Assembly: GCA_965248835.1 (NCBI GenBank)
Contig: CBDFLJ010000002.1
Coordinates: 160,001 to 224,000 of the forward strand
Reading direction: 5' to 3'
Origin: Alphaproteobacteria bacterium
GTDB taxonomy: Bacteria > Pseudomonadota > Alphaproteobacteria > MPNO01
Length of the DNA: 64,000 bases
Positions 56,725 through 64,000 of the stretch are shown in pieces. How positions within the stretch are numbered: the first letter of the stretch is position 1; each line of letters starts with the position of its first letter. The notes under the pieces are model-generated. The model was not told the origin of the DNA. It worked only from the letters and a program-made list of their open reading frames with translations, and did not search any database. The position numbers were made by a program, and so were the translations under genes.

Positions 56725-57522
56725 TCAGATACACGCGGTCACCGCATCTTCCGCGAGCACCTTGATCAGGTGGGCGCGGTAGGCCGCACTGCCGTGGATG
56801 TCGGTCGTCAGGGATGCGGCATCGACGGTCAGGCGCGCCAGGGACGAAGCGGTGAAGGTCTCCGAAAGCGCGTCCTCGAATGCCGTGAGGCGGTAGACGC
56901 ACGGGCCAGCGCCGGTGACGGCAAGACGGACCGATCGGTCGGGGAACCGGGCCAGAAAGATGCCGACGATGGCGAAGCGGGAGGCGGGGTTGGGGAATTT
57001 TCTGTAGGCAGCCTTGGCCGGGACCGGAAAACGCACGCGCGTGATCAGTTCCCCCGGGGCAAGCGCGGTTTCGAAGAGGCCCTTGAAGAAATCCTCGGCC
57101 GGAATGGTTCTTGCCGTGGTGAGGATCTCGGCGTTCAGGCCGAGGACCGCGCTCGGGTAGCAGGCGGCGGGGTCGTTGTTGGCCAGCGAGCCGCCGATGG
57201 TGCCGCGGTTGCGGACCAGCGGGTCGCCGATGCCGCCGGCCAGTGTCGCAAGCGCAGGGACAGATCGGGCAACCTCGGGGCTGGCGGCGACCGCGGCGTG
57301 GCGGGTCATGGCCTTGATGGTGACGTGGCCGGTGGTCGCCTCGATGCCTGACAGGTCTTCTATGGCGGCGAGGTCGACGAGGTCGGTCGGCGCGGCAAGG
57401 CGGTGTTTCATGACCGGGATCAGGCTCATGCCGCCGGCCAGGGGGCGCCGGTCCTCGCCGGCCGCAACCATCCGGGTAGCCTCTTCCAGCGTAGCAGGGC
57501 GGTGGTAGCGGGTCGGGTACAC
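56725..57522 (-). CDS. CoxM-like FAD-binding medium subunit
   Basis: LAGGMSLIP, VRNRGTIGGSLANNDP, DIHGSAAYR. Confidence 0.9.
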   Translation of the reverse strand: MYPTRYHRPATLEEATRMVAAGEDRRPLAGGMSLIPVMKHRLAAPTDLVDLAAIEDLSGIEATTGHVTIKAMTRHAAVAASPEVARSVPALATLAGGIGDPLVRNRGTIGGSLANNDPAACYPSAVLGLNAEILTTARTIPAEDFFKGLFETALAPGELITRVRFPVPAKAAYRKFPNPASRFAIVGIFLARFPDRSVRLAVTGAGPCVYRLTAFEDALSETFTASSLARLTVDAASLTTDIHGSAAYRAHLIKVLAEDAVTACI

Positions 57523-57525
57523 GGC

Positions 57526-58011
57526 TCAGCCCTCGCCGGCCGAGGCCGCGGCGGCCGCCGCGAGGATGGCGGCAACGATATTCTGGTAGCCGGTGCAGCG
57601 GCAGAGATTGCCCTCCAGCCCTGCGCGGACCGCTTGGTCGTCGTACGCCTGGTTGCGGGCGATCAGATCCAGGGCGGTCATGATCATGCCCGGGGTGCAA
57701 TAGCCGCACTGCAGCGCGTGGTGCTCCTTGAAGGCGGCCTGGAGCGGGTTGAGCCCGTCTTCGGGAGAGACGCCCTCGATGGTGGTCACCGCATGGCCGG
57801 CGGCCTGGGCGGCGAAGATCGTGCATGATTTGACCGCGATGCCGTCGAGGTGGACCGTGCACGCGCCGCATTGGGAGGTGTCGCAGCCGACATGGGTGCC
57901 GGTCAGCCGTGCCTCGCGGCGGATGAATTCGACCAGGAGCGTGCGCGGATCGATCTCGGCGGTGTAATCGCGGCCGTTGATGGTCAGCGCAACGGGCATC
58001 CTCTCAGACAT
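57526..58011 (-). CDS. CoxS-like 2x[2Fe-2S] small subunit
   Basis: GCDTSQCGAC, QCGYCTPG, NLCRCTGY. Confidence 0.92.
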   Translation of the reverse strand: MSERMPVALTINGRDYTAEIDPRTLLVEFIRREARLTGTHVGCDTSQCGACTVHLDGIAVKSCTIFAAQAAGHAVTTIEGVSPEDGLNPLQAAFKEHHALQCGYCTPGMIMTALDLIARNQAYDDQAVRAGLEGNLCRCTGYQNIVAAILAAAAAASAGEG

Positions 58012-60376
58012 CCGCGCCCGCCTCCTCCAGCGCCTGCCAGACCGAATGGGGGGTGAGCGGCAGCCTGACGTGGCGAACGCCCAGGTCCCACAACGCATCG
58101 ACGACTGCGTTGCCGATGGCGGCCGGCGCACCGATGGTGCCGGTCTCGCTGCCCCCCTTGACCCCCAGCGGATTGGACAGCGCGGGCGTTTCCTGGAAGA
58201 CCATCGCCACCGGCGGCATGTCCGAGGCGCGCGGCAGTGCGTAGTCCATCAGGGTGCCGGTGAAGAGCTGGCCTGCGTGAGCGCTGTCATAGACCACGTG
58301 CTCCATCACCGCCTGGCCGATGCCCTGGGCGAGCCCGCCGACCACCTGGCCTTCGACGATCATCGGATTGACGATCCTGCCGCAGTCATCGGAGGTGAAG
58401 TAATTCCGCAAGGTGAGTTTGCCCGAGCGCGGCTCGACGATGACGACGGCCAGATGCATCGCCTGGGGGTCGTTGGTATCGAGCGGTTCGTAGAAGACGG
58501 TCGCTTCCAGCCCGGGCTCGAGCGAGCCGTCAGTCGGGATCAGGGCGCCGTGATAGGCAGCATCGGCGACGTCTTCGAAGCTGATCCGCCGGTCGGTGCC
58601 GCGCACCGAGAAGACCGCATCGGCGTAGTCGAGGTCCTCGATCGCGCATTCGAGGATATGGGCGGCCAATCTCCTGGCCTTGTCGATCACCCGGTCGGCG
58701 GCGGTCATGATCGCCGGCCCGCCGACCGACAGCGAGCGCGAGCCCCAGGTGCCGTTGCCGAAGGGCACCGAGTCGGTATCGCCCTCGACCAGCGCGATAT
58801 GCTCGATCGGCAGGCCCAAATGATCGGCGGCGATCTGGCAAAACGTGGTGTCGTGGCCCTGGCCGTGGCTGTGCGAGCCGACATAGACGGTCACCTTGCC
58901 GTCGGAATGGACACGCACGATCGCGCTCTCGTAGCCGCCATGCAGCCCGCCGCGGCTGGCGAGGTTGCGCGAGGACCCGGTGCCCGACTTGTCGAGGAAG
59001 CAGGCGATGCCGATTCCCATGCGCACGCCGTCCTGCTTGAGCTGCCGCTGCTCTTCGCGCAGACCCTCGTAGTCGGCAAGCCTCAACAGCTTGTCGAACA
59101 GCGCCGGCGGGTCGCCGCAGTCATAGGGCCGCCCGACCGGGGTGGTGTAGGGAAAGGCCTCGGCCGGGATCAGGTTGCGCCTGCGGATCTCGACCACGTC
59201 GATGCCGAGCTCCCGCGCGCCGTTCTCGACAAGCCGCTCGTTGACGAAGGTCGCTTCCGGCCGGCCGGAACCACGATAGGCATCGACCGGTACGGTATTG
59301 GAATACGCCCCGCGCACCCGCAGATGCAGGTTCGGCGTGGTGTATAGCCCGGTGATGGTCTGCGGATAGGAATTGCCGGGGATCGAGGGCGCGAAGTTGG
59401 AAAGATAGGCCCCCAGCGCCGCGATGGTGTCGACCTCGCTGGCGAGAATCCTGCCGTTCTCATCGAAAGCCATGCGCGCGGTTGTGTGGTGGTCGCGCGC
59501 CTGGGCGTCCGACATCAGGGACTCGGTCCGGGTCGCGGTCCACTTGACCGGCCGCTTGAGCAGGACCGAGGCCCAGACCACCGTCGGGATCTCGGGCGCG
59601 TAGTGGACCTTGAGCCCGAATCCGCCGCCGACATCGGGCGAGATCACGCGGATCTTGTGCTCGGGAATGAACAGCGTGTACTTGGCAAGCCAGCGCCGCA
59701 GGTAGTGCGGCGTCTGGGTGGTCGCCCACAGGGTGAGGGCGCCGGTCGTCTCGTCGAACGCACACACATACGCCCTGGGCTCGAGCGGCGAGCCGGCGAC
59801 CCGGTTGCTGTCCAGCGTCAGCGCGACCACGTGGTGAGCGGCCGCAAAAGCGGCTTCGGTCGCGGCCCTGTCGCCGCGCTCGATCTCGAAGACCAGGTTG
59901 GTGCCGAACGCCTCGTGCAGGATCGGCGCGCTTGGATCCAGGGCATGTGCGATGTCGGTGACCGCGGGCAGGGGATGGTAGTCGACCATCACCGCCTCGG
60001 CGCCGTCGGCTGCCTGGTACCGGTCCTCGGCGATGACCGCGGCGACCACGTCGCCGACATGGCACACCTTGCCGGCGGCAAGCGCCGGGCGCAGCGCCTC
60101 GTTCATCGGCCTGCCGTCGGAAAACGGCATCGGGTGGACGCAGGTGAGCTCGCCCAACCCCGCTTTCTGCCAGTCAGCCGCGGTGAGCACACGCAGCACG
60201 CCCGGCATGCGAGCCGCGGCTTTGGTGTCGATATCGGTGATCCGCGCGTGTGCGTGCGGGCTCCTGACGAAAGCGACATGGGCGGCATCCGCCGGCTCGA
60301 TGTCGTCGACGAAGCGGCCGCGTCCCTTGAGGAACTTGTCGTCCTCGCGCCGCTTCAGCCTTTGTCCGACATACAT
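58004..60376 (-). CDS. CoxL-like molybdopterin-binding large subunit (form II-like)
   Basis: [45 protein letters not shown]. Confidence 0.9.
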   Translation of the reverse strand: MYVGQRLKRREDDKFLKGRGRFVDDIEPADAAHVAFVRSPHAHARITDIDTKAAARMPGVLRVLTAADWQKAGLGELTCVHPMPFSDGRPMNEALRPALAAGKVCHVGDVVAAVIAEDRYQAADGAEAVMVDYHPLPAVTDIAHALDPSAPILHEAFGTNLVFEIERGDRAATEAAFAAAHHVVALTLDSNRVAGSPLEPRAYVCAFDETTGALTLWATTQTPHYLRRWLAKYTLFIPEHKIRVISPDVGGGFGLKVHYAPEIPTVVWASVLLKRPVKWTATRTESLMSDAQARDHHTTARMAFDENGRILASEVDTIAALGAYLSNFAPSIPGNSYPQTITGLYTTPNLHLRVRGAYSNTVPVDAYRGSGRPEATFVNERLVENGARELGIDVVEIRRRNLIPAEAFPYTTPVGRPYDCGDPPALFDKLLRLADYEGLREEQRQLKQDGVRMGIGIACFLDKSGTGSSRNLASRGGLHGGYESAIVRVHSDGKVTVYVGSHSHGQGHDTTFCQIAADHLGLPIEHIALVEGDTDSVPFGNGTWGSRSLSVGGPAIMTAADRVIDKARRLAAHILECAIEDLDYADAVFSVRGTDRRISFEDVADAAYHGALIPTDGSLEPGLEATVFYEPLDTNDPQAMHLAVVIVEPRSGKLTLRNYFTSDDCGRIVNPMIVEGQVVGGLAQGIGQAVMEHVVYDSAHAGQLFTGTLMDYALPRASDMPPVAMVFQETPALSNPLGVKGGSETGTIGAPAAIGNAVVDALWDLGVRHVRLPLTPHSVWQALEEAGADV

Positions 60377-60540
60377 CGCGGCTCTCCCCGACGGCGGTTT
60401 CTTGTCGCGCCATAACGCGGGCGCCCGGCGGGGCTGTCAAGCTTCCTTCCCGCGGACGCGCGCGTAGGACCGCGCCCGCTCCACTGGACAGCGGCGGCGC
60501 GCTGGAGGATCATCTTTGCCGGGTTCGACGGGGAGAGGAC

Positions 60541-61260
60541 GTGATGGCACTGACGGCCGAAAAGGTGCTCGAGGACATCGATCGCATCCACAAGGCGAAG
60601 CCGATCTACGGCCATCCGCTGTGGGCGGGGATGCTGGACGACAGCCACAGCCTCGAGCAGATCCGCTATTTCTGCAAGCAGCACGGGATCCTGCCGCTGC
60701 ACAACCACAACTACCACGGCAGGCTTTACGTGATCTGCCCCGACCCCGCCTGGCGCGAGGAGATCGCCGAGGTCACCTACGAAGAGGCCACCGGCCGGCT
60801 TTATGCCGGCGGCGTCTCGCACCACAAGCTCTATCTCAACTACGCCGCCGCGATCGGCATCTCCAAGGAGGAGATGTACGCGACCAGATACTGCGCCGGC
60901 ACGACGGCCTTCATGGCCTATTTCTCCTATATCTGCGGCAAGACGTTCCTGGAGGGCGTGGCCTCGCACATGCTGGGCGGCGAGGCGCCGATCCCGGGCA
61001 CCTACGGCCGCATCGCCAAGCGGCTGCAGGCGCGCTTCCGGCTCGACGACAAGGGGGTGGCCTACTGGCACGTCCATGACACGGCGGACGACGAGCATTC
61101 CGGCGTCGGCAAGAAGCTGCTCGACCAGTTCGCGACGACCCAGGAGGAGATGGCGCTGGTCATCGACACGGTGCAGACCACCGTCGATGTGATGCACCTG
61201 ATGTATGACGACATCTGGGCGCAAATGCAGAAAATCGAGGCGAGCGCCGCCGCCGAATAG
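60541..61260 (+). CDS. Heme-oxygenase-like diiron oxidase (CADD/PqqC/TenA fold) 1
   Basis: HPLW, EE.....SH, GGE and HDTADDEH (HxxxDxxH) ligand set. Confidence 0.8.
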   Translation: MMALTAEKVLEDIDRIHKAKPIYGHPLWAGMLDDSHSLEQIRYFCKQHGILPLHNHNYHGRLYVICPDPAWREEIAEVTYEEATGRLYAGGVSHHKLYLNYAAAIGISKEEMYATRYCAGTTAFMAYFSYICGKTFLEGVASHMLGGEAPIPGTYGRIAKRLQARFRLDDKGVAYWHVHDTADDEHSGVGKKLLDQFATTQEEMALVIDTVQTTVDVMHLMYDDIWAQMQKIEASAAAE

Positions 61261-61271
61261 GGAAGTGAGCG

Positions 61272-61661
61272 ATGGAGCGGACCTATCTCAAGGGTACCTG
61301 GCAGGAGGACCGCGCGTTCTCGCCGTGCGTGGCCACCAAGGGCGGCGCCGTCGTCTGGGCGGCCGGCCACGGCGCGCCGGTCGATGCGGCGGGGAACTCG
61401 CTGGCCGGAGACTTCGACGGTCAGACGCGGGAGTCCTTCCGGCTCCTGGAGGCGACGCTGGCGCGCGCCGGCGCGAAGCTCCAGGACATGGTCACGATGA
61501 CCGTTTTCATCAGCGATTCGCGCCACGGCACGCGGTTCACCGAGATCCGCAAGGCGTATTTCCCCGACGGGTTTCCGGCCAGCGCCTTGATTACGTGTGC
61601 GGGCTTCGCGGTGCCCGAAATGATGGTCGAGATCCAGGGCATCGCGGTCATCGACGACTAG
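61272..61661 (+). CDS. RidA/YjgF family protein
   Basis: AFSP, FTEIRKAYF..GFPAS, MVEIQGIA. Confidence 0.88.
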   Translation: MERTYLKGTWQEDRAFSPCVATKGGAVVWAAGHGAPVDAAGNSLAGDFDGQTRESFRLLEATLARAGAKLQDMVTMTVFISDSRHGTRFTEIRKAYFPDGFPASALITCAGFAVPEMMVEIQGIAVIDD

Positions 61662-61684
61662 AGAAAGACGAGGGAGCGGCGGAT

Positions 61685-62377
61685 ATGGCAAGCACGAGCG
61701 CATTCAGACGGGAGCTCGAGGACGCGGTGCTGGAACGGCACTGCGCCAACCACCCGATGACCGAGAAATGGGCCAAAGGCGAGCTCGGCCGCAGCGCCCG
61801 CATGGGCTGGGCGGTGGAGCACTGGCACTGGATCTCCAACATCGTCAACGAGGTCTCGTTCAACATCGCCGCCCGCGCGCCCGAGGACGTGGTTGCGCTC
61901 GAGCTCGACAACTTCCACGAGGAGACCGACCCCGAGCGCTCTCATCTCGACATCGTGCTGCGGTTCGCCGAGGCCAACGGCGCCGATCTCGCCGCCGTCA
62001 AGGCCGGGCGCGGGCTGCCGACGACGCGCTCCTGGGTCGCCTTCCTGAAGAACGTCGCCAAGACGGAGCCGTGGTACGCCGCGGTGGCGGCGATCCGCAT
62101 CGGCACGGAATCCCAATCGCCGATGCTCTACTCCAAGGTGCTGCCGGCGCTGCGCGAGAAATACAAGTACGACGAGGAGGCGATCGAGCATTTCTGGCTC
62201 CACGCCGAAGTCGATATCGAGCATGGCGATCGGGGCTTCGAAGCGCTCGAGCGCCACTGCGCCACGCGCGAGATGAAGGACACCGCGATCCACTGGGCGC
62301 GCGAGAGCGCGATCATGCGCTGGTTCTATTTCGACGGCATCTACCTGCACTACGAGAACGGCTACGCGCTCGCCTGA
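61685..62377 (+). CDS. Heme-oxygenase-like diiron oxidase (CADD/PqqC/TenA fold) 2
   Basis: HPMTEKWAKGEL, EETDPERSH, GTE and HAEVDIEH; GAGGGAG RBS. Confidence 0.8.
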   Translation: MASTSAFRRELEDAVLERHCANHPMTEKWAKGELGRSARMGWAVEHWHWISNIVNEVSFNIAARAPEDVVALELDNFHEETDPERSHLDIVLRFAEANGADLAAVKAGRGLPTTRSWVAFLKNVAKTEPWYAAVAAIRIGTESQSPMLYSKVLPALREKYKYDEEAIEHFWLHAEVDIEHGDRGFEALERHCATREMKDTAIHWARESAIMRWFYFDGIYLHYENGYALA

Positions 62378-62388
62378 GGAGACCGGTC

Positions 62389-62430
62389 ATGGCAACCGCG
62401 CGCCGGCGCATCGCACGACCCGCTCGGTGA
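62389..62430 (+). other. 13-codon micro-ORF MATARRRIARPAR with a strong RBS
   Basis: GAGGAG 7 nt before the ATG, directly after the HDO2 stop. Confidence 0.3.
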
Positions 62431-62488
62431 CGGTACGGCCTGAGCATCACCTTGACGACGACGCGCTTGCCTTCGAAATGAAAACGGT

Positions 62489-64000
62489 TTGGCTGTAGCG
62501 AGCACACACGGACTATCGACTCCGGTGCTGATCGCCGGTGGCGGGCCGGTCGGAATGGTGCTCGCGATCGAGCTCGGCCGGCGCGGGATCGGCTGCGTTT
62601 TGCTCAACGAGCACCCGGAGACCGCGTCCCATCCGAAGGCGAACGCGATCAGCAGCCGGTCGATGGAGCATTTCCGGCGCCTCGGAGTCTCCGAGCCGAT
62701 CCGGGCCTCGGGCCTCGACGATGATCATCCGACCGATGTCGCCTACTTCACGCGGCTGAACGGCCATGAGATCGGCCGGCTCGAGCAGCCCGGCCGGCGC
62801 GGGGCGTTGGCCGAGGCGCGATCGGGCACCAGCGCGTGGGCTTCGCCCGAGCCGCCGCACCGGTCCTCGCAGATCTTCCTCGAGCGCGCACTCAAGCAGA
62901 AAGTCGACCGGCTGGCCTCCATCGACTGCCGCTTCGGCTGGAGGCTCGAGAGCTTCTCCGACGATGGCTCCACGGTGCGGGCCCTCGCGCGCGACATCGC
63001 CAGCGGCGAGGAATGCGGGATCACGGCGCGCTACCTGGTCGGCTGCGACGGCCCGGGCAGCGTGGTGCGCAAATCGCTCGGCATAGAATACGAAGGGGAA
63101 TCGGGCATCGTTCGGCCGATGTTCGGTGGGCCCATGTTCGCGACCTATTTCGAAGCGACGGCCGACCTGTCCTGGCTGCCGGAGCGGCGGGCCTGGCAGT
63201 ACTGGGTCATCAACCCCGAAATCCGTGCGGTCCTCATCCATGTCGACAGCACGTCGCGGTTCCTGTTCCATTTCGCCGTCCATGACGAGCGTGCGCGCGG
63301 CGCGGCGGATCCGCGCGCCCATATCCACCGCGCCGCCGGCCGCGCGTTTCCGCTCGAAATCATCTCGACCGCCAACTGGACCGGGGGGTTCTCGCTGGTC
63401 GCCCAGCGCTATCGGGCCGGCAACGTCTTCATCGCCGGCGATGCGGCGCATCTGTTCACGCCGACCGGCGGCATGGGCATGAACACCGGTGTCGACGATG
63501 CGGTCAATCTCGGCTGGAAGCTCGCCGCGGTAATCGGCGGCTGGGGCGCAAACACGCTGCTGGACAGCTACGAGGCCGAGCGCCGGCCGATCGGCATCCG
63601 CAATGTGGGCTTCGCCAGGGAATTCGCCCATTCGGTCGGAACGGTCGAGGTCAGCCGTGATATCGGCGCGGATACGCCGGCCGCGGCCGCCGAACGCGCG
63701 GCCAAGACGGAATACCATTCCGACCACGCCCGCCGGGAGTTCATCATCCCCGGTGTCTTTCTGGGACTGACCTATGCCGGTTCGCCGATCATCGCCGATG
63801 ACGGCACCGGACCGCCGCCCGAGCACCCGAACACGTACACGCCGAACGCCTGCCCGGGGTCGCGCGCGCCGCATGCCTGGCAAGGCGCCGTGGCGCTGTT
63901 CGATTTCTTCGGGCCCGAATACACCCTGCTCGACCTGGGCGGCGCGGCGCAGGATACCGCCGCGATCCGCAACGCCGCGCAAAGTCTGGGATTTCCGCTG
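62489..64000 (+). CDS. FAD-dependent monooxygenase (FAD_binding_3), 3'-truncated by window edge; absent from the ORF track
   Basis: TTG start; VLIAGGGPVG, YLVGCDG, FIAGDAAHLFTPTGGMGMNTGVDDAVNLGWKLA. Confidence 0.9.
   Translation, partial: MAVASTHGLSTPVLIAGGGPVGMVLAIELGRRGIGCVLLNEHPETASHPKANAISSRSMEHFRRLGVSEPIRASGLDDDHPTDVAYFTRLNGHEIGRLEQPGRRGALAEARSGTSAWASPEPPHRSSQIFLERALKQKVDRLASIDCRFGWRLESFSDDGSTVRALARDIASGEECGITARYLVGCDGPGSVVRKSLGIEYEGESGIVRPMFGGPMFATYFEATADLSWLPERRAWQYWVINPEIRAVLIHVDSTSRFLFHFAVHDERARGAADPRAHIHRAAGRAFPLEIISTANWTGGFSLVAQRYRAGNVFIAGDAAHLFTPTGGMGMNTGVDDAVNLGWKLAAVIGGWGANTLLDSYEAERRPIGIRNVGFAREFAHSVGTVEVSRDIGADTPAAAAERAAKTEYHSDHARREFIIPGVFLGLTYAGSPIIADDGTGPPPEHPNTYTPNACPGSRAPHAWQGAVALFDFFGPEYTLLDLGGAAQDTAAIRNAAQSLGFPL

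Noticed and set aside
60541-62377. PQQ biosynthesis (pqqC) call
   Set aside because: Both proteins carry diiron ligand motifs that PqqC does not use, and no pqqA/B/D/E genes are nearby.

Overview
High-GC bacterial chromosomal window, most likely an Alphaproteobacterium, judging from the ribF-ileS-lspA-DUF3035-M16-M16-mutL, rsmD-rluB-C26-tadA and tkt-gap-pgk synteny. Two housekeeping blocks (about 21.1-25.3 kb and 39.2-51.5 kb) sit among dense accessory catabolic and redox genes: UbiD, Mo-hydroxylases, amidohydrolases, TauD, ComDE-like, Rieske oxygenases, CoA ligases, a lipoate ligase-like protein, crotonases, an SdhA/SdhB-like pair, an ABC importer and diiron proteins. I saw no rRNA, tRNA or CRISPR array. 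The best-supported hidden feature is a selenoprotein that the ORF track truncates: a CMD/AhpD-family gene (25349-25897, minus) with an in-frame TGA in a CPFU motif and a SECIS-like hairpin 11 nt downstream, coupled to a DUF1330 gene. Candidate undescribed systems are (i) two heme-oxygenase-like diiron oxidases flanking a RidA, followed by a micro-ORF and an FAD monooxygenase; (ii) a ferritin-like diiron protein divergent from an anchor-less SdhA-like/2Fe-2S pair; (iii) a coupled ThDP enzyme / degenerate CoA ligase / LplA-like / DUF123 / PaaG-H operon; and (iv) an NCS2 permease with an RsbW-like C-terminal domain. Two IS remnants bracket the ABC/amidase module and two genes carry single-base frameshifts. 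All family calls come from motif recognition by eye, not database searches.
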